DNA of 21,761 nt from Campylobacterota bacterium (GCA_034717975.1 JAYEMF010000025.1:1-21761); one strand, 5' to 3'; counted from the stretch's first letter, positions 7,958 to 18,800 are shown. Notes: generated by a model from the sequence alone, not told the origin. Program-made: numbers and translations.

Positions 7958-10760
7958 AATCACTATCACCGGTGCCCGCGAGCACAACCTCAAAAATATT
8001 TCACTCTCCATCCCTAAAAACAAACTTATCGTCTGTACCGGGATCAGCGGAAGCGGAAAGTCGACACTGGCTTTTGATACGCTCTATGCCGAGGGACAGC
8101 GCCGCTATATCGAGTCGCTCTCTTCGTATGCAAGACAGTTCCTCGATCGCATTGGAAAGCCGGATGTGGATAAGATCGAGGGGTTGACGCCTGCCATTGC
8201 CATCGATCAGAAGACGACCTCCAAAAACCCGCGTTCAACCGTGGGAACGATCACAGAGATCTATGACTATCTGCGTCTGCTCTATGCCCGCATCGGGGTG
8301 CAGCACTGTCACCTTTGCAGCAAAGAGATATCGCAGATGAGTGCGGCAGATATCATCGAACAGGTTGCCAAGCTTCCAGAAGGGGCGAAGGTAATTATCC
8401 TTGCGCCATTGATCCGTGAGAAGAAGGGAACCTTTGCCGACCTTTTTGAATCGCTTCGCCATAAAGGGTATGTCCGTGCCATGATTGACGGTGTGATGGT
8501 ACGGCTTGATGATGAGATCGAACTCTCCAAGACCAAAAAACATACGATCAAAGTGGTCATCGACCGTATCGTCATCAAAGCGGACAACAAAGACCGTATC
8601 GCTCAGGATGTTGAGAAGGCTCTTAAAGAGAGCTATGGCGAGGTGGAGTTGGAGATCCTTAACCATGATGATGTTGGGCTGAAAGAGAAGCTTATCCACT
8701 ACAGCGAGCACAACGCCTGTTTTGACTGTAAAGTGAGTTTTGAACCGCTGGAGCCGCTCACTTTCTCATTCAACTCGCCTAAAGGGGCCTGTCCGGAGTG
8801 TGACGGGCTTGGTATCCGCTACGCCCTCGATCACGACAAGATCATCGATCATGACCTCTCCATCGAAAAAGGGGCGGTGAAGATCGTTTATGGCTTCAAT
8901 AAAGGGTATTACTTTACCTTTCTGAAAGGCTTTTGTGCGTCGGCTGACATTGATATCACCATCCCGTTCAGCGAGCTGGAAGAGCATCAGAAAAAGGCGA
9001 TACTGCACGGCTCCATCGAAGAGGTGACCTTCCAGTGGAAAAACCACCCTATCAAACGTATCTGGCCGGGGATCGTACGTATTGCCTACGATATGTTCAA
9101 AGATGAAAAAGATCTGGCTGATTATATGTCTGAAAAGCCATGTAATGTCTGTGGTTCCAACCGCCTTCGCCGTGAAAGTCTGGCAGTCAAAGTGGCCGAC
9201 AGAGGGATCGCCGATGTCATTACGCTTCCGATCGAACAGAGCTACAAGTGGTTTATCGAAGAGAATACCTTTGATTACCTGGGTGAACAGGATATGTTGA
9301 TCGCCCAGCCGATCCTCAATGAGATCAAAGAACGCCTCTTCTTCCTTTATGATGTCGGCCTGGGCTACCTTAGCCTCAACCGTGATGCCAGAACCATCAG
9401 CGGGGGTGAAGCACAGCGTATCCGTATCGCTTCACAGATCGGAAGCGGCCTGACAGGTGTGATGTATGTTCTGGATGAACCGAGTATCGGTCTGCATGAA
9501 CGCGATACCCTCAGGTTGATCCGAACCCTGCGCTCTTTGCAGGAGAAAGGCAATACGGTGATCGTCGTCGAGCACGATAAAGAGACGATTGAAAATGCGG
9601 ACTATATTGTCGATATCGGTCCGGGTGCCGGGCAGTTTGGGGGAGATGTCGTCTTTGCCGGGACACTGGCCAAACTCAAAAAAGCGAAGACACTTACAGC
9701 GGATTATCTCTCGGGCCGTAAAAAGATCGAGTATTTCTATCGCCGTCAGCAAGAGGAGTGGATGGAGATCAAAAATGTTTCGATCAATAACATCGAGGAC
9801 CTCAGTGTGAAGATCCCGCTGCACAATTTTGTCTGTGTTACCGGTGTAAGCGGCAGCGGTAAAAGCTCACTGATCCTGCAGACACTGCTTCCGACAGCCC
9901 GGGAGCTGCTGAACCATGCGCGTAAAGTCAAAAAAGTGGCCGGCGTAGAGATTGACGGCCTGGATCATCTTGACAAGGTGATCTACCTCGATCAAAGCCC
10001 CATCGGCCGTACCCCGCGTTCCAATCCGGCGACCTATACCGGTGTGATGGATGAGATCAGAAATCTTTTCGCTAAAACAAAAGAGGCGAACATCCGCGGC
10101 TATACGGCATCGCGTTTCAGCTTTAATGTCAAAGGCGGACGCTGTGAGAAGTGTCAGGGTGAGGGTGAGATCAAGATCGAGATGCACTTCCTGCCGGATA
10201 TCCTGGTCAAGTGTGATACCTGTCACGGAAAACGCTATAACCAGCAGTCGCTGGAAGTGGAGTACAAAGGCAAGAGCATTGCCGATGTTCTGGCGATGAG
10301 TGTGGAAGAGGCACTCAAGTTCTTTGAAGCGATTCCAAAGATCAAAATAAAGCTTCAGACACTCAGTGATGTCGGTCTTGGCTACATCACACTGGGACAG
10401 AATGCCGTCACCCTCTCCGGTGGTGAAGCGCAGCGTATCAAACTGGGCAAAGAGCTTAGTCGTAAAGATACGGGTAAAACACTCTATATCCTCGATGAAC
10501 CGACGACAGGGCTCCATTTTGACGATGTCAACCGTCTGACAAAAGTCCTGCACCACTTTGTTGAACTGGGCAATACGGTACTGGTAATCGAGCATAATCT
10601 CGATATGGTCAAAAATGCCGACTATATTATCGATATGGGTCCTGAAGGGGGTGCCAAAGGGGGCCGAATCATTGCTGTCGGTAATCCTGAGGAGGTGGCA
10701 CAAACATCAGATAAGACAGGAAGCTATACGGGACATTATCTACAAAAAGAGCTGCCATAG
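7947..10760 (+). CDS. uvrA: Excinuclease ABC subunit UvrA
   Basis: GAREHNLKN; two Walker A motifs (GISGSGKS, GVSGSGKS); two SGGEAQR signatures; zinc-finger Cys pairs; 937 aa. Confidence 0.98.
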   Translation: MDNKITITGAREHNLKNISLSIPKNKLIVCTGISGSGKSTLAFDTLYAEGQRRYIESLSSYARQFLDRIGKPDVDKIEGLTPAIAIDQKTTSKNPRSTVGTITEIYDYLRLLYARIGVQHCHLCSKEISQMSAADIIEQVAKLPEGAKVIILAPLIREKKGTFADLFESLRHKGYVRAMIDGVMVRLDDEIELSKTKKHTIKVVIDRIVIKADNKDRIAQDVEKALKESYGEVELEILNHDDVGLKEKLIHYSEHNACFDCKVSFEPLEPLTFSFNSPKGACPECDGLGIRYALDHDKIIDHDLSIEKGAVKIVYGFNKGYYFTFLKGFCASADIDITIPFSELEEHQKKAILHGSIEEVTFQWKNHPIKRIWPGIVRIAYDMFKDEKDLADYMSEKPCNVCGSNRLRRESLAVKVADRGIADVITLPIEQSYKWFIEENTFDYLGEQDMLIAQPILNEIKERLFFLYDVGLGYLSLNRDARTISGGEAQRIRIASQIGSGLTGVMYVLDEPSIGLHERDTLRLIRTLRSLQEKGNTVIVVEHDKETIENADYIVDIGPGAGQFGGDVVFAGTLAKLKKAKTLTADYLSGRKKIEYFYRRQQEEWMEIKNVSINNIEDLSVKIPLHNFVCVTGVSGSGKSSLILQTLLPTARELLNHARKVKKVAGVEIDGLDHLDKVIYLDQSPIGRTPRSNPATYTGVMDEIRNLFAKTKEANIRGYTASRFSFNVKGGRCEKCQGEGEIKIEMHFLPDILVKCDTCHGKRYNQQSLEVEYKGKSIADVLAMSVEEALKFFEAIPKIKIKLQTLSDVGLGYITLGQNAVTLSGGEAQRIKLGKELSRKDTGKTLYILDEPTTGLHFDDVNRLTKVLHHFVELGNTVLVIEHNLDMVKNADYIIDMGPEGGAKGGRIIAVGNPEEVAQTSDKTGSYTGHYLQKELP

Positions 10761-10768
10761 ACTTTTCA

Positions 10769-10777
10769 TGATATAAT
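10769..10777 (+). promoter_or_regulatory. Extended -10 promoter (TGnTATAAT), probably producing a leaderless mRNA
   Basis: TGATATAAT ends 7 nt before ATG 10785; no Shine-Dalgarno sequence in between. Confidence 0.6.
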
Positions 10778-10784
10778 TTTTTCA

Positions 10785-12116
10785 ATGAAAAAGCTGATGA
10801 ATTTTTTCCGCCAGATGCTGGAGCCGAACTATGACTTTCGCAGTGATGAGTGGATACTCAAATACAAAGTCCGCATTCTTATCAATATCAGTTTTACGCT
10901 TGGGCTGTTGCTGATAGTATTCACACTCTTCAGAGTTATAAAGGGTGATTTTCAGCTGGCCATGGTCGACGGCTTTTTTGCGCTCTACCTGGTCGTGTCT
11001 GGGTACTACCTTCGCCGGGATAAATATAACTACAACCTCGTCTCAAAGCTCTTTCTGGTTTTTGGATTAGCCGTCATTTTTCTGAATTTTCATTTGGCTG
11101 AAGAGACTTTTATCCGGGTTCTGTGGTTCTCCTCCTATATTGTGCTGGTTTTCTTTCTTCGGGATAAAAAAGAGGGCTTTATATGGCTTGGAATACTCTT
11201 TTTTCTCATCTCGATTGTCGCTTATTTTGAAGATCATCTGAATCTGAACATGGTCAATTACATCACCTTTATTGTCAGCCTGCTGCTGACCGGTGTTGTC
11301 CTCTACTGGTATGAAAAACTCAAAGAGGGCGATAGTGAACGCCTAAAAGTGATGAATGAGTCGTTGCAGGAAAAAATCGATATTGCCGTCCTCGATAACC
11401 AGAAGCAGGAACGCTTAATGATTGAGCAGGCAAAAATGGCTGCCATGGGGGAAATGATCGAATCGATTGCCCATCAGTGGCGACAACCACTCAATGTTTT
11501 GGGGCTGAGTATCGCCAAAGTAGAGATGGAACATGAGATGGGCATGAAAGATAGCAGAAACATCCATGAGACCTATGCGGAGATGGGCCGGCAAATTACC
11601 TATATGTCACAGACCATTGATGATTTTAGAAGTTTTTACAAAAGAGACAAAGAGCTCCAGAACGTTAAACTTGTTACACTGTTCCATGAAGCTGAAGGGT
11701 TGGTCAGTTCACTGTTAAATGCCAAAAATATAACAGTGCGATCTGAGATCGACGAGACAATAACGCTAAATGTCTATGCCAATGAGCTTAAACAGGTGCT
11801 GCTGAATATGATTACGAATGCCAAAGATGCATTTCTGGAACGGGATATAAAAATTCCTATGATCAATATACGGGCGTATCATCACAATCATGGTGTTATG
11901 ATCGAAGTATTGGACAACGCGGGTGGTATTGACGAAACTATCATCCAGAAAATATTTGAACCCTATTTTACAACGAAATTTGCCTCCAAAGGTACCGGTA
12001 TCGGTCTATATATGAGCAAGGTCATTATTGAAGAGCATATGGACGGGAACCTGAGCGTTGAGAACAGCAGAAATGGCGCCCTGTTTAAAATCTTTTTGCC
12101 ACAGTTAGATCTGTGA
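10785..12116 (+). CDS. Membrane-bound sensor histidine kinase (no adjacent response regulator)
   Basis: About 6 TM N-terminus; H-box MGEMIESIAHQWRQPLN; N-box QVLLNMITNAKDA; DNAGGI, FEPYFTTK, GTGIGLY. Confidence 0.93.
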   Translation: MKKLMNFFRQMLEPNYDFRSDEWILKYKVRILINISFTLGLLLIVFTLFRVIKGDFQLAMVDGFFALYLVVSGYYLRRDKYNYNLVSKLFLVFGLAVIFLNFHLAEETFIRVLWFSSYIVLVFFLRDKKEGFIWLGILFFLISIVAYFEDHLNLNMVNYITFIVSLLLTGVVLYWYEKLKEGDSERLKVMNESLQEKIDIAVLDNQKQERLMIEQAKMAAMGEMIESIAHQWRQPLNVLGLSIAKVEMEHEMGMKDSRNIHETYAEMGRQITYMSQTIDDFRSFYKRDKELQNVKLVTLFHEAEGLVSSLLNAKNITVRSEIDETITLNVYANELKQVLLNMITNAKDAFLERDIKIPMINIRAYHHNHGVMIEVLDNAGGIDETIIQKIFEPYFTTKFASKGTGIGLYMSKVIIEEHMDGNLSVENSRNGALFKIFLPQLDL

Positions 12117-12150
12117 TTTACTTAGATTTAGGGCGCTATACAGCGAAAAT

Positions 12151-12170
12151 TTATAGCACTTTGCTATAAT
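12151..12170 (+). promoter_or_regulatory. Extended -10 (TGCTATAAT) overlapped by an 8-3-8 inverted repeat
   Basis: TTATAGCA-CTT-TGCTATAA at 12151-12169; TGnTATAAT at 12162-12170; RBS AAGGG before ATG 12204. Confidence 0.55.
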
Positions 12171-12203
12171 ACATCTTATTAGAAAAATAGTTAAGGGTTA
12201 AGT

Positions 12204-13013
12204 ATGAAAAATTCGATTGTCGAAAGTATCAAGTCACTTCCGCCACTACCAAAAACACTGATCGAGATGCAACGTGTTACGGCTGATCCGGATGCCTCTA
12301 TCGCTGATTTGACCAAAACAATTGAACACGATCCGATGATCGTAGCCAACCTGCTTAAAGCTGCCAACTCACCGCTTTATATGTTTGGCCGTGAAATCAA
12401 GAACGTTGCTCAGGCCGTTTCTCTCTTTGGAATGAGTATGACCCGCTCGATTGCACTGGGGAACTCTGTTAGAAAGCTTTTAAATGTTGACATGGAACCT
12501 TATGGCCTTTCATCAGAACGTTTTGCCGAGATTTCCAGTATGCAAGCAGCCCTGATGCATAAATGGTACAACCGCATTGATCGTCAAAAAGCTGAAACAC
12601 TTTTTTTGGCGGCATTTTTGCAGGAGACCGGCAAGATCCTGATTGCCAGCGATATTATTGAAGAGGATCTCACCTACAACTTCAAGTCCGATATCGAGAT
12701 GACAAATAACGTCGCACAGATCGAGTTCAGTTATGTCGAAGATACGACAGCGACGGTTACGGCAGCGGTCTTCGAACACTGGAAGTTTGATGCAGAGTTC
12801 GTTGAGATGATCCGCTTTTCAGATAACTATCTCAAGGCTCCCGAAGAGATCAAAGAGTATGCCACCGCACTCAATATCGTCAAGACGATCGCCCCGATCA
12901 ATGCACCGTTCAGTGAGCCTTCGATCAATTTGGGACTTAGAAAAGCGATGGATGCCGGTTATGACCATGAGCTGCTTGAAGATATCATCGACGATATGAT
13001 AGATAAAATCTAG
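12204..13013 (+). CDS. HDOD domain-containing protein
   Basis: LPPLP, IEHDPMIVANLLKAANSP, AVSLFG, FLQETGK, HWKF: typical stand-alone HDOD motifs. Confidence 0.9.
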   Translation: MKNSIVESIKSLPPLPKTLIEMQRVTADPDASIADLTKTIEHDPMIVANLLKAANSPLYMFGREIKNVAQAVSLFGMSMTRSIALGNSVRKLLNVDMEPYGLSSERFAEISSMQAALMHKWYNRIDRQKAETLFLAAFLQETGKILIASDIIEEDLTYNFKSDIEMTNNVAQIEFSYVEDTTATVTAAVFEHWKFDAEFVEMIRFSDNYLKAPEEIKEYATALNIVKTIAPINAPFSEPSINLGLRKAMDAGYDHELLEDIIDDMIDKI

Positions 13014-13040
13014 TTTCTGCCTTACTTTCAAGTTTAATCT

Positions 13041-15740
13041 ATGTCTAAAACCATCACTATTATAGATACTTTCGGATTCTTTTTCCGTTCGTTTTATGCC
13101 CTGCCGCCACTTAGTAACAAAAAAGGTTTTCCTACCGGTCTGTTGACCGGATTTGTCAATTTCATCTCTACCCTGCATAAAGAGCATACGAGTGATTATC
13201 TGGTCTTTGCCCTCGATACGAAAGGACCGACCTTCCGCAATGAGATAGATCCAAACTATAAAGCCAACCGTGAAGCCCCGCCCGAAGAGTTGACTGCGCA
13301 GCTCCCTATCGCGATAGAGTGGATCGAGAAGATGGGGTTTAAAACCCTCTCTCAAACCGGATATGAAGCGGACGATATGATCGCATCGGTTACCAAAGCG
13401 GCCGTTGCCAGGGGGATCAATGTGCGCATCGTCTCTCACGATAAAGACCTTTATCAGCTTATCGATGATGAGCGGGTAGTTCTGGTCGATGCCATCAAAC
13501 GCAAAGAGATCAATGAGCAGGAGTGTTTTGATAAATACGGTATCCATCCTTACCAGTTTACCGACTACCAGTCACTGCTTGGCGACAGTGCCGACAATGT
13601 CCCCGGCGTCAAGGGGGTTGGAAAAGTGACTGCCCAAAAGCTTTTGACGCAGTTTGACACCCTCAAAAACATCTATGAGAGTATCGACGAGATAACGCCA
13701 GCCGGTGTGCAAAAAAAGCTCATTGCAGATGAAGAGAATGCCTGGATGTCGCAAAAACTTGTGACCCTGGCAACCGATCTCTTTTCCGAGTTTGATTTTG
13801 AACCTTATCTGATGCATGAAGAGAATCCATTTATACCAATCTATGATGAGCTGGTCGAGTATGAGATGAATGGCATTTTACGAATGCTGCATGCGAAAAA
13901 ACTGGTCGATCCTGCACAAAAAGAGGTGACAGAAACGCAACGGCCTAAACGTCAGGGTTTCAAGACGACACTGATAACGGATGAAGCTGAACTTTTTAAG
14001 ATAGTCGATGCGGTCAAGCCTGACCAGATCGTCGCTTTTGATACAGAGACGACCGGTTTGGAGAGTCGAAGTGACAGCCTTGTCGGTTTTAGTTTTGCAT
14101 TGAACGGTGATGAAGGTTTTTATGTTCCTATGGCACACAACTATCTGGGTGTTCCCGAACAGATTTCGACAGATGCGGCTAAAAAGGCGATAGTCAAGCT
14201 TTTTGAAGCCCGTATCGTTGGACATAACCTGAAATTTGATCTCCATTTCGTCACGAACTATCTTGAAGTCGATCGTCTCGATATCTATGCCGATACGATC
14301 ATCATGGCCTGGCTGGTCAACCCAGAAAGTGCGCTTGCTCTCGATAAGCTTTCGCAGGCACTCTTGGGACATACGATGATCGCCTTTAAAGAGACTGTTA
14401 AAAAAGGGGAGAACTTCTCCTCTGTAGAACTAGAAGATGCGTGCAGGTATGCGGCTGAAGATGCCTTGATCACACTGCGACTCTATGATGTACTGGAGAA
14501 GATGTTAAAAGAGCAAAATGCGGGGCATCTGCTTGAAGAGGCTGTGTCGCTGGAATTTCCATTTATCAATACACTGCTCACTATGGAAAAAGCGGGGATT
14601 CGGGTAGATACCGCCTTTTTAGAGAACTTTTCGAAAGAGGCACAAGAGGGATTGAACCGGTTGACATCGGAGATCTACGAAGCCAGCGGATGCGAGTTTA
14701 ACATCAACTCGACCAAACAGCTGGGCGGTGTCCTTTTTGAAACACTTGAACTGCCGGTTGTCAAAAAGACGAAGACCGGTTACAGCACCGACGAAAAAGT
14801 GCTCAATACACTACTCGATGAACACCCTGTGATCACACTGATCCTGCAGTACCGTTCCTTGCACAAACTTCAATCTACCTATATCGAGCCGTTACTTCTG
14901 TTGGCAAAAGAGGATGGCCAACAGCGTATTCACACCTCTTTTGTCCAGACAGGAACGGCAACCGGCCGTCTGAGTTCCAAGAATCCGAATCTTCAAAACA
15001 TCCCGACGCGTACCGAGATGGGTGCACGTATAAGGGAGGCTTTTGTGGCACCGGAAGGCAAAAAGCTGATCGGGATCGACTACTCTCAGATAGAGCTGAG
15101 ACTGCTGGCGCACTTCAGTCAGGATGCTGTCCTTGTCGATGCTTTTAATCATGGCAAAGATATCCATATGCAGACAGCCATTGCCCTGTTTGGTGAGGAT
15201 GAAGCCGCCGGCAAGCGTAATATTGCCAAAACGGTCAACTTCGGACTGCTCTATGGCATGGGTCAGAAAAAACTCTCCGACACGCTTGGGATTACGACCA
15301 AGGAGGCCAAAGGGATTATTGAACGCTATTTTGCCACCTTCCCGACGGTAAAGAGCTATTTCAGCTCGATCGTAGAGCGTTCCAAAGAGCAGGGTTACAT
15401 CGAGACACTGCTTCGCCGCCGTCGCTATTTTGATTATGCCAAGGCGACACCGATGCTTAAAGCTGCGTATGAACGTGAATCTGTCAATACAGTATTTCAG
15501 GGAAGTGCCGCCGATCTGATCAAACTCTCGATGAACAAGATCGACAGAGTGATCCGTGATGAGGCTCTGCCGGCCAGAATGCTGCTGCAGATTCATGATG
15601 AACTGATCTTTGAAGTGGATGCGGATGAAGCCGATAGACTTGCAGAGAGATTTAAAGGGATTATGCAGAGTGTCTATAAATTGGCCATTCCACTGGAGGT
15701 CTCTGTCAATATCGGTGATCACTGGGGTGAGTTGAAATAA
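13041..15740 (+). CDS. polA: DNA polymerase I
   Basis: 5'-3' exonuclease (YKANR, EADD, GDSADNVPGVKGVG); proofreading motifs FDTETTG, GHNLKFD, YAAED; polymerase motifs TGRLSS, DYSQIELR, AKTVNFGLLYG, QIHDEL. Confidence 0.98.
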   Translation: MSKTITIIDTFGFFFRSFYALPPLSNKKGFPTGLLTGFVNFISTLHKEHTSDYLVFALDTKGPTFRNEIDPNYKANREAPPEELTAQLPIAIEWIEKMGFKTLSQTGYEADDMIASVTKAAVARGINVRIVSHDKDLYQLIDDERVVLVDAIKRKEINEQECFDKYGIHPYQFTDYQSLLGDSADNVPGVKGVGKVTAQKLLTQFDTLKNIYESIDEITPAGVQKKLIADEENAWMSQKLVTLATDLFSEFDFEPYLMHEENPFIPIYDELVEYEMNGILRMLHAKKLVDPAQKEVTETQRPKRQGFKTTLITDEAELFKIVDAVKPDQIVAFDTETTGLESRSDSLVGFSFALNGDEGFYVPMAHNYLGVPEQISTDAAKKAIVKLFEARIVGHNLKFDLHFVTNYLEVDRLDIYADTIIMAWLVNPESALALDKLSQALLGHTMIAFKETVKKGENFSSVELEDACRYAAEDALITLRLYDVLEKMLKEQNAGHLLEEAVSLEFPFINTLLTMEKAGIRVDTAFLENFSKEAQEGLNRLTSEIYEASGCEFNINSTKQLGGVLFETLELPVVKKTKTGYSTDEKVLNTLLDEHPVITLILQYRSLHKLQSTYIEPLLLLAKEDGQQRIHTSFVQTGTATGRLSSKNPNLQNIPTRTEMGARIREAFVAPEGKKLIGIDYSQIELRLLAHFSQDAVLVDAFNHGKDIHMQTAIALFGEDEAAGKRNIAKTVNFGLLYGMGQKKLSDTLGITTKEAKGIIERYFATFPTVKSYFSSIVERSKEQGYIETLLRRRRYFDYAKATPMLKAAYERESVNTVFQGSAADLIKLSMNKIDRVIRDEALPARMLLQIHDELIFEVDADEADRLAERFKGIMQSVYKLAIPLEVSVNIGDHWGELK

Positions 15741-15782
15741 AGAACACCCTGGGTAACACCCTTAAAGATAACTTTTACAAAT

Positions 15783-15797
15783 AGATAATTATTATTC
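15783..15797. promoter_or_regulatory. Possible Fur/PerR-like box upstream of ccsBA
   Basis: AGATAAT-T-ATTATTC matches 11 of 14 positions of the 7-1-7 TGATAATnATTATCA consensus; candidate -10 TAGAAT at 15818-15823. The AT-rich context weakens the call. Confidence 0.3.
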
Positions 15798-15869
15798 CTT
15801 GATTAACTATTGGTAAATAGAATGCGATAATAAAAACAGAACGAACACCCTAAAATATGAAGAGGTTAT

Positions 15870-18800
15870 ATGAAGAAGATTTTATCGGTTTTGATGTCGA
15901 TGCAGACGATGGTAGTGATGCTGTTGCTCCTTGGCGTAGCATCGGGCTATGCGACGTTTATAGAGAATGATTTTGGTACGATGACGGCTAAGGCCGAGAT
16001 CTATAATGCCCGCTGGTTTGAACTGCTTCTTGCCTTTTTGACTGCTAATTTGATCTATAATATTATCAGATTCAAGATGATCCAGCGAAAAAAAGCCCTC
16101 GTCTTACTCTTCCATGTCTCTTTTATCGTTATTATGCTGGGTGCTGCCGTAACACGCTATGTCGGGTTTGAAGGAACAATGCATATCCGTGAGGGTGCGA
16201 CGAAAAGCGAGATGACAAGTACCGATAACTATCTGATGTTTGAATTTATCGCGGATAATCAGCATCTGAGTTATGAAGAGGGGGTTATCTTCTCCAATTT
16301 GACCAAACCGACCTTTGACAAGCAGATTGAAGTCAATGGCAAGTCGGTTGAAATTACGATGATCGATTATATTCCAAATTCGGCCTATCAGATGGTTGAA
16401 GACCCAAATGGCAAGCCGATGGCCAATATGATGGTCACAGGGGCAAGCGGTGCAGAGCGCATACAGCTCTCACAAGGAGAGTTTTTTGAAGCGGTTGATC
16501 TTGTGCTTGACTTTGAATCCGGTCAGACTTTTTCGAAGCCGGTAGTCTCCATGTTCGTTGAAGATGGCAAGCTCTTTATGGACCATCCGATGGATCTGAA
16601 ATATCTGAAAATGGATGATCAGACTGACGGTTTGTTAAGTGTCAATGAGAAAGAGCTGTTTGTTAATAGAACGCTCTTTACTGCGGGATCGACCAACTTT
16701 GTTTTACGTGAATTTTATGAAAAAGCCTCTCAAAAGTTGGTCTCCAATCCAGGCCGTAAAAGTACCAGTCCCGATGCGATCAAATATATGTTTACTATAG
16801 ATGGAGAGAACAAAGAGAGCATTGTTTTCGGATCGGCAGGAAGAATCGGTAAAAAGAGTGAAGTCCGTGTGGGCGGAATGACGATCCGTGCAAGCTATGG
16901 CGCTAAAATTTTGAAGCTGCCGTTTGCCCTTAAACTGGAAGATTTTGAGCTTGAGCGTTACCCGGGTTCGATGTCACCGGCCTCTTATGCCAGTGATGTA
17001 GTGCTTATCGATAAAGACGAAAATATCAATATGCCCTATCGTATCTACATGAACCATGTCCTCGACCATAAAGGGTACCGTTTCTTCCAATCGTCTTATG
17101 ATCAGGATGAGCGTGGAACGGTGCTCTCAGTCAACAATGACCCGGGCACGCCGATCACCTATGTCGGTTACCTGATGCTTGTTCTTGGGATGTTCGGCTC
17201 TCTCTTTACTTCCGGCGGACGTTTTAGAAAATTGACAAAGATCGCCAATGATGCGGCCCATAGCAAAGAGGCCCTTGCGTCATTGATGCTTATGGCGGGA
17301 CTTCTTTTTGCAGCAGCACCTGAAGCTGCGGCAGAGGTCAATCCGATCATCAAAGAGGTAAAAGCTTTCGATAAGGCACATGCTGAAAAATTCGGGCAGC
17401 TTGTTATCCAGGACAGTTCAGGACGTATGAAGCCGATGGATACACTCTCTACGGAGATTATGCACAAACTGAACCGTTCGGGAAAAATACTCGGTCTGAG
17501 TGCCAACCAGGCAGTCCTTGGTATGATGATGCGCCCTGATGCATGGCGTGAGATCAAGCTGATCAAAACTTCTGACAAGAAGGTTAATAAACTGATCGGT
17601 ATTGGTGAAAAAGAGAAGACAGCTGCATTCTCGCAGTTTTTCGAGTACCCTGATGAAGTAGGTGGATATAAGCTTGGAACCTATGTTGAAGAGGCTTCAC
17701 GTAAACGGCCTGCCGATCGTGACAAGTTTGACAAAGCTGTCTTGAAAGTAGATGAACGGGTCAACGTTGCCTACATGGTCTATACCGGTGATCTGATGCG
17801 TATGTGGCCAAAGTCTGATGATCCCGGAAATAAATGGTTTGCAACCGTTCAGGCACTTCAGACCTTTGATCCTCAGAGCTCCGAGGCTATACGACAGATC
17901 GCTGTCGAGTATTTCACTGCCGTCGATCACGGTGTGAAAGAGGGTGACTGGCGTGATGCGGACCTGGCTATGGACAAAATTGCTGCCTATCAAAAAGAGC
18001 ATGGTGCTGCGGTGTATGTAGAACAGGGACGTATCAAGGCGGAGATATGGTACAACCATGCCGACATCTTCGAGCGTCTCTGGCCGCTCTATTTTCTGGT
18101 CGGCTTCGTGCTGCTCTTCTTGTCATTCCTGAAGATACTCAAACCTAAATTCAAACTCGATATTTTCAGTAAAGTGACGTTGTGGCTGTTGATCCTCTTC
18201 TTTCTTGCCCATACGGTTGGACTGGGCCTGCGCTGGTATATCTCGGGACATGCTCCGTGGTCGAACGGTTATGAGTCGATGATCTATATCGCCTGGGCTT
18301 CGGTACTGGCAGGTTTTATCTTCTCAAAAAATTCGCCGATTACATTGGCGGCTACCGGGATTTTAACAGGCCTGATCCTCTTTGTTGCCCACCTGAACTG
18401 GATGGATCCGCAGGTGACGAATCTTGTTCCGGTACTTGCTTCGTACTGGTTGAGTATTCACGTTTCAGTCATTACCGGCAGCTATGGCTTCCTTGGCCTC
18501 AGTGCGCTGCTGGGGTTTATTGTGCTGATCCTGTTTGTCATTAAAGGGGAGAACAACGAAAAACATATCTCTCTCTCCATCAAAGAGCTCAATTCGATCA
18601 ATGAGATGAGTCTGATGATCGGTCTGGCGATGCTGACCGTCGGAAACTTTCTGGGCGGTGTCTGGGCCAATGAGAGCTGGGGACGCTACTGGGGCTGGGA
18701 TCCGAAAGAGACATGGACACTTGTCTCGATCACGATCTATGCGGCTTTGGTTCACCTGCGCTTTATCAAGTCGTTTTACTCGCCGTTTCTTTTTGCGACC

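Noticed and set aside
9867..10703. 278-aa antisense ORF within uvrA
   Set aside because: Shadow ORF opposite a highly conserved gene, explained by codon bias.
13027..13037. TTCAAGTTTAA upstream of polA, identical to 11 bp of the MITE TIR
   Set aside because: Short and AT-rich, lacking the TIR outer end, a partner repeat and a TSD. Probably chance.
12819..15722. Long antisense ORFs (242, 164, 276 aa) opposite HDOD/polA
   Set aside because: Shadow ORFs with no motifs or translation signals.
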